Shown piece by piece: positions 1 to 12,578 of a stretch of 64,000 nt of DNA. A program made the translations under genes and the position numbers. The notes under the pieces are model-generated. The model saw nothing but the letters and a program-made list of their open reading frames with translations, searched no databases and was not told the origin of the DNA. Where the stretch lies: positions 62,001 to 126,000 of the forward strand of contig NC_043013.1 of assembly GCF_006345805.1 (NCBI RefSeq), read 5' to 3'. Every line of letters begins with the position of its first letter. The stretch's first letter is position 1. This stretch comes from Octopus sinensis (lineage: Eukaryota).

Positions 1-989
1 CTCTCTCTCTCTCATGGTTTTTTAGCTTATGAAATGAAGTAATATGTTGTTCTTGTTGTTCTTCTATAAAATACCACTAAACACATTGCCTCATGTGCCA
101 GCAATTATATAAAATAGCAACAACAATACCAACAAGAACATATCCAGCTAAATATTCTGTTCTATGCTCAAAGCAGTTAGCTCCAATCTTTCACACCTAT
201 CCTACAAGGTCCTTCTAAAAATAAACATCATCATCATCATCATCATCCAAAATCTCAAAGCTTCAAGGTAATGCATGTCTAATTCAAAACATTATCATCA
301 TCATCATCATTGTTTAACGTCTGTTTTCCATGCTGGCATGGGTTGGACAGTTTGACTGCAGGCTGCAGAGCCAAATAATTAATAGCAAATATGAAGAGCA
401 TATCACAGAAATAAGCTGTGAAACAACATTGCTGCTGACACAAGCTGTTAGTGTTGTTTAGCCCCAGGTCATCCCAGGTTAACAAGATCCGTGATCAAAG
501 AGAGTCACACTAAAGACACAAACAACTGAATTTTTTCAGATTTTTCAGACACTGAATACAGGATGACATTTTCCAGTGTTTATTCCTTTTAAAAATAGTA
601 GACTGTAATTGGAGGGATATCGGGTTGCTATTTCTAGTAAGTTGAACAACCATGCAGAGATGCTAACAAGATGGCTTCTAGTGGCACAAGTTCAATTCCT
701 AAATGAGTCACCTCATTCTTTGTACCGGTAATTTCTAGCCACTGTGGTAGATGTACTGTCAGAATGACATGCTCTGAAGTCTTTGGTGATGACTCAACCT
801 TTCATTAAAGGGCTACTGGCTATTTTCAGCACTTCCCCTTTATATGTGTGCTTTTGTCTATACATACACACACACACATGTATGCATACATTTGCACATA
901 TACACACATATACACATTTACATATGTACATGCTGAATACACACATGCATGTACATATTACACGCATGCGTGCACACACACACATGCGT

Positions 990-1240
990 CCCTGTATTGA
1001 CCAGACTATTGGGTGTTATACATCACTTGCCACAATGCATTTCCTTGCATTGCTGTAGCTTTCAAATGATGCCACCCAACTGGAAGCTAGGCAGGCAGGC
1101 TTACATTTCTCCTGAGCCAAGTGAAATGGAACAAAATGAAGAGGTTTGCTGGACAACACAATGCACTGCTGGGATGGGAATCGAAAAAACCATGATTTTG
1201 TGATTATGAACGTAACACCCTGGCCACAAGGCCACGCACT
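990..1240 (-). mobile_element. tRNA-derived SINE (family E), decayed; related copies at ~53880-54163 and ~57115-57395
   Basis: The minus strand reads GTGGCCAGGGTGTTACGTTC...GGTTTTTCGATTCCC (A/B-box-like head). The body is shared with the two later copies (gctttgcattg...gatgccaccc). Confidence 0.5.
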
Positions 1241-1469
1241 ATGTATCTGTGTGAGTGAGTGAGTGAGAATGTGTGTGTATGTGTATTGAGTTGTGGCAAT
1301 GCAGGAGTGCTCAATACACATTGTAGAGTATATGCTTTACTGAAACAGACTGTTTACACAGCAGAATGCAAGTGTGACAAGTCCAGTGATACTGCAATCT
1401 TCAGATGGATTCTTGCAGTCGTTTAAAACATTAGTCACAAGATAGGCATTCAATCATAGACATACAATG

Positions 1470-1710
1470 TTTGTTTGTGTGCACCTGTGTCGGCACCACA
1501 TAAAAAGCAGCCATGCTGGTGCCATGTAAAAAGCACCCAGTACACTCTGTAAAGTGGATGGAATTCGGAAGGGCATCGAGCTGTAGAAACCATTCTAAAA
1601 CAGACAAGTGGAGTCTAGTGCAGTTCCCCACATTGCCAGCTCCTGCCAAACCATCCAACTCAAACCAGAATGGAAGACAGATGCTAAATGATAATGATGA
1701 CAATGATGTA
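1470..1710 (+). mobile_element. RTE-type 3' end / RTE-tail SINE (family C)
   Basis: GGCACCACATAAAAAGCA...GGAAGGGCATC...CCATCCAACTC followed by a (GAT)n tail. The same sequence forms the 3' UTR of the RTE relic at 36255-37215. Confidence 0.6.
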
Positions 1711-3076
1711 TGGCCGTATGATTTAGAAGTTCATTTTGCAAGCGCATCATCTCCTGTTCAGTCACATCGTACAGCATCTAATGCTCATTTTCTACTCTAA
1801 TATCAAGCCACCCAACAGAAAATAGAAACTGTATCGAAGCTGCTGCTTCACATGCAATTACCTGTGCTAAAAACAGTATTGTGATGCTTATATTCATGGT
1901 CACCATTACAACCTATGGGTCTGCAGAATACCAAGCGTTTAGCAGAATACCAAAAGGTGAGGGCCAGCAACAGGAAGAGTATCTGGCTACTATTACATAC
2001 TGCCTAAAATAAAGATGTGCCCAACCAGTACCAGCATGTAAAATCGGGCATAAAACAAAATTAACAAATGTATATGCGAGTATACATATATATACTACAT
2101 GCACTAATAAATATACTAGTATACATATGTAAATATGGTTCATTCATGCATATAATACAAATTTTATATATATATATATATATATATAATGTACTAAATA
2201 TATATATGATATAAACACACACACACACACACATACATATGTAGAAGCGTGCATGTCTGAATTTACTAACAAGAGGCAAAACGTGCTCAAAGTATAGAGT
2301 TTATGCTTTTTTTTAAGCTAAAGCCTCCTTGTGTTACTACTTAAAGCTTTGCATTTCAGAAATATGCATGCACACACACACACATGCACACAGATATCCA
2401 ATAGTGTGTTTCTAGAATCAGAAGAATATTTATTGTGGCGATGGTGGTGGATATAGAACTTAAAGGAACTGGATACTTTGCCTATAAAGAATCTGGTACT
2501 TTATAGCAATCTCGTTAAAGGTCTTAAGATTGGTAGGTATTCATGATATATATAATGACCATTTTTGTGGAAGTAGACTATCACTTAGGAGAAATAAGAG
2601 AAAGAAAAACCAAGAAGGAACCATTGTTAATCAACCTGCTAAAAACAGAGCCAAATTGGTCCTGTATCACATTCTACTGTTTCAAAAGATGGAAGGATAC
2701 ATTGTAGTCATACTTCTTTATGCCAAGAAAGAAAAACAACAGGATGGTCACTGTTGGAATGCCTTTCAGAAGTTTGCTTAATCACTTTGACATGGGGAGC
2801 TCAATAACAACAAATGAGAGAAAAATATTATGACAACATGAACAAGAGCAAAGAAGCAATAGAACGTTACTGAATGTTACTGGTACTGATACAAACCCAG
2901 TAAGCTTTGCTAAGAAATATCTACTTCTGAAGAGGTACCATGAACGTGGTACAGTTAGGAATCACACAGCACTCCTGCTGTGTGGAGCACTGTGTGAGTT
3001 CCTAAGTAACTGCTGTGCTTTGGAGATAGAGAAGGCAACGGCTTGCCAATATATTCCCCTCAGTTATATATGGCTG

Positions 3077-3390
3077 GGCACAAGCGTGGCTGTGTGGTCA
3101 GACATTTGCTTCCCAACCACATGGTTCTGGGTTCAGTTCCACTGCATAGCACCTTAGGCAAGTGTCTTCTATAACTTTGAGCTGACCAAAGCCTTGTGAG
3201 TAGATTTGGTAGAGGGAAACTGAAAGAAGCCCGTCATACACATGCGTGTATGGGTGTGTGTATCTGTGTTTGTCCCCACCGCCACTTGACGACTGGTGGT
3301 GATGTGTTTACACCCCTGTTACTTAGCGGTTTGGCAAAAGCAAGCAATATAATAAGTGGCAGGCTTTAAAAAGACAAAGAACTGGGGTCA
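3077..3390 (+). mobile_element. tRNA-derived SINE (family A)
   Basis: Head GTGGCTGTGTGGTCAG...GGGTTCAGTTCC (A/B boxes) and body GGCAAGTGTCTTCT...GCCTTGTGAGT.GATTTGGTAG. Repeated at 7427, 38385, 42630, 46425, 51190 and on the minus strand at 25300-25500 and 61850-62010. Confidence 0.7.
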
Positions 3391-3516
3391 TGTAAAAGAT
3401 ACTTTATTTAAAAGGGCATCAAAGGTCATTTATGATTCAATGATGACTTTGATTTTGGTCAATATCCATAAATGATCATAGTTGCGTACAACACTGGATA
3501 ATAATAAATTAGATTA

Positions 3517-3735
3517 AGGCGGTGATCTGGTAGAATCATTAGCACACAGGGCGAAATGCTTCGCGGTATTTCGTCTACCTTTACATTCCAAGTTCAAATT
3601 CCACCAAGATCAACTTTGCCTCCCTTCTTTTTGGGGTCGATAAATTAAGTATCAGTTGCATACTGGGGTCGATCTCATCGACTGGCCCCCCTCCCCAAAA
3701 ATTTTGGGCCTTGTGCCTAGAGTAGAAAAGAATAA
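3517..3735 (+). mobile_element. tRNA-derived SINE (family B) ending in (AAT)n
   Basis: AAGGCGGTGATCTGGTAGAATCATTAGC...AAGTTCAAATTCC head and central CTTTGCC...GGGGTCGATAAATTAAGTA.CAG block. More than 10 copies occur in the window. Confidence 0.7.
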
Positions 3736-3949
3736 TAAATTAGATAAGTCAGCAGTTCTTTACCAAACAGTAACGAGTGAAAATATCAAATAATTGCAGT
3801 GCTGATGCAGTAGCAACAGTTATTGTGATAATGGGCTTGGATGACAGTGTGTGTGTGTGTCTCTCTCTCTCTCTCTGCATTAGTGTGAGAAATCTTCATT
3901 TCAAGTCAAAATCCAAGGAACATAAATATATACAAGAACATATATATAT

Positions 3950-4860
3950 ATATATATACATATATATAATTAATAATAAAATATTAGGGAATAAATCCAA
4001 ACTTACAGGGGAAAATCAGATTTAGGATTAAATCCAATTTTATAGTATAAATATATTATATTATATTTTATTAAATTAGAGATAAAACCACTATTAGGCA
4101 AATCAAACAATGAAAAACATAAGCCAATACATAAAATTAATTTAATTTATATTATTTTAAAAATATATCAAAAGTATTAAAAGTTTAATAAAAGATAAAG
4201 AGTAAAACACTACGATCGTTTCATGGCTGTACAATTCGAATAACAATAATTTAAATTCAATTAATAATTCGAGTTATGGTTACAGTCAATCTTCAGGTTA
4301 TTGAGATATCTAAAAAATAATCAGAAATATTTAAACAATATTTTAAGATATAAATAATATAATTTTAACTTATAATAAACTCTATTATCAAACTAGAAAC
4401 ATAAAACTAACAATTATGATTATATCAAAATCGACTATAATGTTAAATATTAATTTTAATTTATAAGGTAGGAAACCCACCATAATCTAATATCGGTATT
4501 AATCTATATCTAATTACATAAATATTAAAAATGACTAATATATATAAATTATCAATGAAAATATATAAATGTATAAAATATTATAATTAAGATCTAAAAT
4601 AATCTCATAAATAAATATATATGCACATATAATAAAAACCTAATAAATTAATTTTTCATATTAAAGATGAAATAGCTAATTTCAAAATACAAATAAACAA
4701 ACTTGAACGAACTTTCGGAAATCTTATGTAAAATACTTATAGAAATAATCAATTCGTAGTAATATAGTATCGAATAAATACTATAAATACTATAAATATA
4801 ATTATCAATGGGAATAACTAGCGAATATCAATTTAAAAAAACAATAACTAAGTTATGTTA
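3950..4860 (-). mobile_element. AT-rich PLE-like non-coding fragment carrying a hammerhead motif, bounded by microsatellites
   Basis: Contains CTGAAGA...GAAACGATCGTA on the minus strand, with (TA)n on the left and a TA/CA microsatellite on the right. No ORF. Confidence 0.45.
4204..4303 (-). ncRNA. Minimal type-I hammerhead ribozyme motif, probably decayed
   Basis: Minus strand: caataac CTGAAGA t tgactgta...(long stem II)...tacagcca t GAAA CGATCG TA gtgtttt. Helix III is the palindrome ACGATCGT. Stem I pairs poorly. Confidence 0.55.
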
Positions 4861-4879
4861 TTAAATTAGACATGGCCTG

Positions 4880-4885
4880 GACCAC

Positions 4886-4930
<45 letters not shown>

Positions 4931-5134
4931 ACACACACAACAACATATATATACACACACACACACATATATATATACACACACAACCCCATATATATAT
5001 ACAACACACAAATATATTATACACACACACACACACACTATAATATATCCACACAAACACACACACCATAATTATACACACACACACACACACATATAAT
5101 ACACACACACCACACACACATACTATATATACAA

Positions 5135-5172
<38 letters not shown>

Positions 5173-5210
5173 CTATACACACACACACACATACACATAT
5201 ATATATATTT
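4880..5210. repeat. Compound (TA)n/(CA)n microsatellite
   Basis: Alternating AC and AT runs are directly visible. Confidence 0.9.
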
Positions 5211-5326
5211 TTTTTTTTACTTTCAGCTCAGGTTGTCAAGAAAGTTCTTGAGGAATTTTTTAATTTGGTTTTAAATGAGGTATTTTCAAATTAATTTTCA
5301 TTAAATTACTTTGACTTTATATATCA

Positions 5327-5838
5327 CTAGCACTATCGCCCAGCGTTGCTCGGGTTTGTAAGGGAAATAACTATATAAGCATTTTTGGAGAGTTACTTCC
5401 CTTATAGATGCCAATTCGGGCTTTCTTAGCCATTTCTGTTTTGGTGTCTTCAAGCCATGAAGTCGTTGTTCTAAAAGAACGCTGGTCTCCTTGACAACGC
5501 TTTACGACGTTGATTCCTTACACTCCCTTCCCCACAGCTTCACGAGGGAGGGAAGAAGGGGGAGAAGCAAACAGGTGCAGGTGTGACCATGGACGCCAAC
5601 TCCGCCGCCATCGACACACGAAAAATTATGCATTAAAATGGAATAAAAAGTGATGTTAAATTATTTTTAAAATCGTAGACTCATCGTAGACACGCGCTAA
5701 TACTCAGACGGGCTCGATATGAATCACGACTATAAGATACCCGAATTTGGTTAAACTGCACTGCAAAATGTGGGAGTAGTTAGGAATCTAAATCGAAGGG
5801 GACAGACACTCACACAACTACAGTTTTATATATATAGA
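5327..5838 (-). mobile_element. Non-autonomous Helitron (512 bp) inserted in the mariner 5' region
   Basis: The minus strand begins TC (TCTATATATATAAAA) and ends CTAG, inserted between A and T. A GC hairpin CCCAGC-GTT-GCTCGGG (5339-5354) lies 8 nt from the CTAG end. These are the canonical Helitron termini. Confidence 0.8.
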
Positions 5839-5927
5839 TTTTAAAGCCTGTTTTTCACTCTATCTAATCATGTTAATCTTTGCATTTTGAATAATTAGGC
5901 CATTTTCTCCGGAACGTTTATTACAAC

Positions 5928-6930
5928 ATGGACTAAAAGCAAATTCGCACAATTTTCTTATTCCAGTTCAATCTAGGCTGAGAAGCCGCTGAAACAGCTC
6001 GCGATATCAACGATGCGTTTGGCCCAGGAACCACTAATGAACGTACAGCACAGTAGTGGTTCAAGAAATTTTGTAGCGGTGACAAGAGTCTTGAAGATGA
6101 TAAGCGTAGTGGTCAGCCATCGGATGTTGACAACGATCAACTAAGAGCCTTAGTGAAAGCCAATCCACACACAACTGCTCAAGAGCTTGCTTCTGAATTA
6201 GACGTAATGTATACGACAATTTCCAACCACTCGAAAGAGATTGGAAAAACAAAAATACTTGAGAAATGGGTGCCGCACGAATTGAACGACAACCAAAAAT
6301 ATCACCGTTTTGAAGTGTTGTCTTTCCTTCTTTTATGCAACAAGAATGACTTGTTTCTCGACCGGATTGTGACTTGCTATGCAAAGTGGATTCTTTACGA
6401 CAACCGGCGATGCTCAGCTCAGTGGCTAGATGCCGACAAAGCTCCACGGCACTTCCCAAAGCCAAAGTTGCACCAAAAGATGGTCATGGTGACTGTTTGG
6501 TGATCTGCAACCGTCTCATCCATCACAGCTTTTTGGATCCAGACGAAACCATTACAGCGGAGAAGTACTGTCAACAAATGGATGAAATGCATAAGAAATT
6601 ATGACAACAACAGCCAGCATTGGTCAATAGAAAAGGACCAATTCTTCTCCACAACGCTGCACAACTGACCCTAGAGAAGTTGAACGAAATGGGCTATGAA
6701 ACTCTGCCTCTTCTGCCATACTCACCAGACCTCTCGTCTACTGACTACCACTTTTTCAAGCATCTCAACAACTTCCTGCGTGAGAAGTGCTTCAAAAACC
6801 AAGAGATGCCAAACATGCTTTCAATGACTTCATCGCCACCAGAATGCAGAGTTTTTATGCTACTGGCATAAATAAACTTATTTCGCGTTGGCAAAAGTCT
6901 GTTGATTCTGATGGTGTTTATTTAGATTGA
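5928..6930 (+). pseudogene. Mariner transposase pseudogene (Hsmar1/SETMAR-like)
   Basis: Motifs QIRTIFLFQF, WFKKFCSGDKSLEDDKRSG, WVPHEL and YSPDLSSTDYHFFKHL. It has stops and frameshifts. TCDEKW reads TCYAKW and the HDNARPH motif is partly deleted, so two catalytic Asp residues are lost. Confidence 0.92.
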
Positions 6931-7038
6931 TAAAGTTTTGTTTGAGCTGAGATATGTGCTTCTGAATTGAAAGGTTAAAAACCGCAAGAACTTTTTGACA
7001 ACCTAATACATACATATATATAATATATATATATATAT

Positions 7039-7081
<43 letters not shown>

Positions 7082-7084
<3 letters not shown>

Positions 7085-7400
7085 TCATCATCGTTTAGCA
7101 TCCGCTTTCCATGCTAGCATGGGTTGGACGGTGCAACTGGGGTCTGGGAAGCCAGAAGGCTGCACCAGGCCCAGTCTGATCTGGCAATGTTTCTACGGCT
7201 GGATGCCCTTCCTAACGCCAACCACTCCATGAGTGTAGTGGGTGCTTTTTACGTGCCACCTGCACAGGTGCCAGACAAGTCTGGCAAATGGCCACGGTCG
7301 GATGGTGCTTTTTACATGCCACCGGCACGGAGGCCAGGTGAGGCTGGCAACGGCCACGATCGGATGCTGCTTTTTACATGCCACACACAGGCAAACACAC
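7082..7400 (-). mobile_element. RTE-tail element (family C) with internal tandem hairpin units; similar copies at 22822-23090, 28185-28410, 28790-29050, 41750-41990, 45480-45740, 51330-51600
   Basis: (CAT)n followed by CGTTTA.C.TCCG.TTTCCATGCT.GCATGGGTTGGAC and GGATGCCCTTCCTAA.GCCAACCACT. Units of GGTGCTTTTTAC.TGCCACC recur. Confidence 0.7.
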
Positions 7401-7426
7401 ACATATATATATATGTGTATATATTG

Positions 7427-7740
7427 GTGCAGGTGTGGCTGTGTAGTAAGAAGCTTACTCCACAACTACACGGTTCCTGGTTCAGTCCTAATGTGTGGAC
7501 CTTGGGCAAGTATTTTCTTTTATAGCCTCAGGCCGACCAGAGCCTTGTGAGTGGATTTGGTAGATGGAAACTCAAAAGAAGCCTGTCATGTGTGTGTGTG
7601 TGTGCACGTGCGTCTGTCCTTCACCTCTGTTTGACAATTAGTGTTGGTGTGTTTACACTGATTCATTCGAATGAAAATCCTTTGAGACAGTGCCCCAGCA
7701 TGGTCACAGTCTAATGAATGACAAGTATAAAGACAAAAGA
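7427..7740 (+). mobile_element. SINE family A, near full length
   Basis: tRNA-like head and 3' tail GTGCCCCAGCATGGTCACAGTCTAATGA...AAAAGA. Confidence 0.7.
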
Positions 7741-8148
7741 TATCATCATCTATATATTTGTTATTCTTAAAGAAGAATATTATTGATGGTGACTTTAAAG
7801 TTTCAGCCAACATTGTGGGGCGATAACTTAACTGGCCAAAACTTCAAAGTTTCTGTCAACAGCATTCTTGTTTAAGAATAATAAATTTGTACTCCACAAA
7901 AGCATAGCGTAACCCATGAGATAAATGTAGAATTGTTTTTATTATAACTGAATATAAAAACAGACATTAATATATATAAAAAGCACTGAGTCCACTCTGT
8001 GGACTGGTTGGCATTAGGAAGGGCACCCAGCCATAAAATCCCTGCCAAAACAGACACAATAGCCTAGGGTAGTTTTTCTACCTGTCCCGGCTCCTGTCAA
8101 CCATCTTAACCATGCATGAATGTATGAAAGATGTTAAATGATGATTAT

Positions 8149-8199
<51 letters not shown>

Positions 8200-9139
8200 G
8201 TGTAAGGAAAGGGACAGGCTTAATTACCAATAGAAGAATTAGGAAAATCAGGTTTACTAGACAGAGACCCCCCCACACACACACATGTGCAACATAACTG
8301 AGCAAGATGAGTATAAATAACAAACAGATGACATAACTTGCAAATATCTCCTCTCCTCCTCCTTTACATCTTCCTACCAATCCAAACAACATGTAGACAT
8401 GGGTAGGCATGGCTTTAAAAAAAAATGATATTCTTGAGATTTACAAACAGCTTGTGATATGATATGACAAAGAGGCATTCTAAGAATACCGAGATGTCTA
8501 TTATAAACTTTAGGACGATGCACCAGCAACAGCATCAAACCATAAGAAAAATCAGAGAAGCAAATAACGTGAAACTGCGTTGATAACAGACAATCGACAC
8601 TCACAGGCACAACAGTGAGTATATAAAAAGAGAGTGTATAAAGGAGTGTGTATAAACAAAGTGGAGTAAGTTGCTGTTGTTGGGCCACAAGAAGACTAAA
8701 CACTTTGAGTGAGGAGAGACACCTTTATTAACTTCACACCTGAACCACTAATGCCTTCCTTTCTTTCTCTTTCTTTCTTTCGTTTTCAGCTATTTTGTTG
8801 CTTCTTTTTTATATTTATTTATTTATTTATGGCACACTAACATTGCACACCTGTCCTGATTCAAGCTGAATTCAAAACCATCACCAGCCTACATATTTCT
8901 GACTGTATTATGAAAATTGGTTGTATGTGCATTATGTGCCAAAGTGAAAGAGAGAGGGGGGAGAGAGAGAAAAGAAAACAGTGAAGGAGGAGGAGTTGTT
9001 TGAAGATAAGTAAGAGAAAACAGGGAAGGAGGAGGAGATATCGTTAATGAGGGAAATAAAACAAAAGGGATAGAAAATGATAGAGTGAGAGGATGAGGGA
9101 GGGAGGGAGGGAGACGGAACTTTTATGAATTATTTCAAA

Positions 9140-9608
9140 AGCTATTCTGTGTGTGTGTATGAACATGAATATGTATATATATATGTATATAAATGTGTGT
9201 GTATGTATGTATGTATGTATGTATGTATATATATATATATATATATAAATGTGTGTGTATGTATGTATGTATGTATGTATGTATATATATATATATATAT
9301 ATATATAAATGTGTTATGTATGTATGTATGTATGTATGTATTATATATATATATATATATAAATGTTGTGTGTATGTATGTATGATGTATATAATATATA
9401 TATATATATAAAATGTGTGTGTATGTATGTATGTATGTATGTATATAATATATATATATATATTCTATAATATAATGTGTGTGTATGTATGTATGTATAT
9501 ATATATATATAAATGTGTGTGTATGTATGTATGTATATATATATATATAAATGTGTGTGTATGTATGTATGTATATATAATATATATATAAATGTGTGTG
9601 TATGTATG

Positions 9609-9643
<35 letters not shown>

Positions 9644-9928
9644 GTGTGTGTATGTATGTATGTATATATATATATATATAAATAAATGTGTGTTGTATGT
9701 ATGTATGTATATATATATATATATATAAATAAAGTGTGTGTATGTATGTATGTATATATATATATATATATAAATAAATGTGTGTGTATGTATGTATGTA
9801 TATATATATATATAAATGTGTTGTGTATGTATGTAATATATATATATAAATGTGTGGTATGTATGTATATATATATAATTATATATATATATATATATAT
9901 ATAATGTGTGTGTATGTATGTATGTATG

Positions 9929-9962
<34 letters not shown>

Positions 9963-9998
9963 AAATGTGTGTGTATGTATGTATGTATGTATGTATAA

Positions 9999-10048
<50 letters not shown>

Positions 10049-10135
10049 ATGTATGTATGTTGTATTATATATATATATATATATATAAATGTGTGTGTAT
10101 GTATGTATATATATATATATAAATGTGTGTGTATG

Positions 10136-10174
<39 letters not shown>

Positions 10175-10193
10175 GTGTGTGTATGTATGTATG

Positions 10194-10230
<37 letters not shown>

Positions 10231-10274
10231 ATAAATGTGTGTGTATGTATGTATGTATGTATGTATGTATATAT

Positions 10275-10319
<45 letters not shown>

Positions 10320-10413
10320 ATGTATGTATGGATGTATATATATATATCTATATATATATATATAATATATATATATTATATATATATGGGTGTGTGTGTA
10401 TGTATGTATGTAT

Positions 10414-10450
<37 letters not shown>

Positions 10451-10478
10451 ATATATATATATATATATATGGTATATG

Positions 10479-10509
<31 letters not shown>

Positions 10510-10536
10510 TATATAATATATATATAGTAGATTATA

Positions 10537-10576
<40 letters not shown>

Positions 10577-10613
10577 ATGTATATATATATATATATGTAT
10601 ATGTATATATATT

Positions 10614-10647
<34 letters not shown>

Positions 10648-10652
10648 AGATG

Positions 10653-10727
<75 letters not shown>

Positions 10728-10775
10728 GAATATACATATATATATATATTATATATATATATATGTATGTATATG

Positions 10776-10841
<66 letters not shown>

Positions 10842-10892
10842 GATATATATATTATTATATATATATATATGTATTATATATATATATATATA

Positions 10893-10936
<44 letters not shown>

Positions 10937-10951
10937 TATATAATATATATG

Positions 10952-10990
<39 letters not shown>

Positions 10991-11242
10991 GTATATATAT
11001 ATAATATATGTATATATATGTATATGTATATATATATGTATATATATATATATATGTATAATATGTATATGTATATATATATGTATATATAATATGTATA
11101 TATATATGTATATATATGTATATATATATGTATATATATATTGTCTATATATATGGATATATAGATATATATATGTATATATATGATATATGTATATATA
11201 TATATATATAGATATATATGTATATAATATAATATATATATG

Positions 11243-11277
<35 letters not shown>

Positions 11278-11307
11278 GTAATATATATAATATAGTATAT
11301 ATATATG

Positions 11308-11342
<35 letters not shown>

Positions 11343-11486
11343 GTATATATTATATTGTATATTATATATTATATATATGTGTATATATAATATATGTATA
11401 TATATATATACATTATATATATTGTATATACATATATATATATGTATATACATATATATATATATGTATTATATATATATACATAT

Positions 11487-11517
<31 letters not shown>

Positions 11518-11967
11518 CATATATATATGTATATACATATATATATAGTATATACTATATATATAATGTATATACATATATATATATGTATATACTATAT
11601 ATATATGTATATCCATATATATATATATGTATATACATATATATATATGTATATACATATATATATATGTATATACATATATATATATCTTGTATATATA
11701 TATACATATATATATACATTATATATATTTGTATATATATATAACATATATATATGTATATACATATATATATATGTATATACATATATATATATATGAT
11801 ATTATATATATATATAATATATATACATTATTATATATATATATATATACATATTATATACATATATATATCATATATATATACATATATATATATACAT
11901 ATATATATACATATATATATAACATATATATATACATATATATATATACATATATATATACATATAC

Positions 11968-11998
<31 letters not shown>
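9140..11998. repeat. Giant compound microsatellite: higher-order unit TAAA-TGTGTGTG-(TATG)n-(TA)n to ~10400, then TA/TATG-rich, then TA/TACA-rich
   Basis: Directly visible. All the I/Y-rich ORFs in this span are artefacts of the repeat. Confidence 0.97.
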
Positions 11999-11999
<1 letters not shown>

Positions 12000-12141
12000 G
12001 ACAATGATGATGATGACAATTGAAATATAAAAATATAAAAATCTCTGACAAAGGATATTTACAACATTTCTAAAAATAACCCAACAATTGCTGCTTCGGC
12101 CAGGGTCAAGATACAGGACTCTTGACATGTCCAACAAAGCG

Positions 12142-12266
12142 TGACGCCTAAACCAATCAGCTCAACAACCAATCAGCTTAAGTAATTGAGTGATACTACA
12201 CACTGATTGGTCAGAATACAGTTTGCAAAACCTAGCACTCTGGAGCCTACCAGCCTGTATTTATAG
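12142..12266 (+). promoter_or_regulatory. Putative pol II promoter in the pLTR
   Basis: TGACG at 12142, CCAAT at 12153 and 12169 (both in AACCAATCAGCT), inverted ATTGG at 12206 and TATA-like TATTTATAG at 12258-12266. All are conserved in the three pLTRs and lie upstream of the ribozyme and the ATG. Confidence 0.45.
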
Positions 12267-12327
12267 CACAGAATCAATCATCTTGCTACAGTCAAAATTG
12301 TGAAGCATGACTGTCAACACTACTACA

Positions 12328-12372
12328 TGAACCCGAAGATTGCAGAATTCAATGCATGAAAGTACTAGTTCA
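12328..12372 (+). ncRNA. Minimal type-I hammerhead ribozyme, CCGAAGA core (pLTR 1)
   Basis: TGAAC CCGAAGA T TGCA gaattcaa TGCA T GAAA GTAC TA GTTCA. Stem I is 5 bp, stem II is 4 bp plus a U.U mismatch, and helix III is the palindrome AGTACT. Predicted cut is after CUA (12367). Confidence 0.75.
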
Positions 12373-12578
12373 ATCAGAATGAATATTTAACATTCTACTA
12401 TTTCATTTTATTTTATTCAATTATAATATATTATCTTATAATATATCATTATAAGATTGTAAATAAAACGTGAAAATCAGACAAGGTTGGAATTCTTTTT
12501 ATTAATATATTCTTCTATACACAATCACACACACCCATATATATATATATTCTATATTCCTATTGTGTATATGCCAAC

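Larger units (their letters stand above)
5228..7008 (+). mobile_element. Mariner (Tc1/mariner) DNA transposon, defective, interrupted by a Helitron
   Basis: Imperfect TIRs: tcaggttgtcaagaaagttcttgagg (5228-5253) and ccgcaagaactttttgacaacctaa followed by TA (6982-7008). A transposase relic lies inside. Confidence 0.9.
11999..12510 (+). repeat. pLTR copy 1 (~510 bp)
   Basis: Near-identical to 16276-16790 and 20547-21058. Confidence 0.9.

Noticed and set aside
2925-2960. CTGAAGA followed by hairpin GTACC/GGTAC
   Set aside because: No GAAA follows stem II and there is no stem I or III. At best it is a dead hammerhead relic.
9125-12137. Dozens of I/Y/C/V/M-rich ORFs, and similar ones at 4853-5198 and 22529-22873
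   Set aside because: These are translations of TA, TG and CA microsatellites, which lack stop codons.
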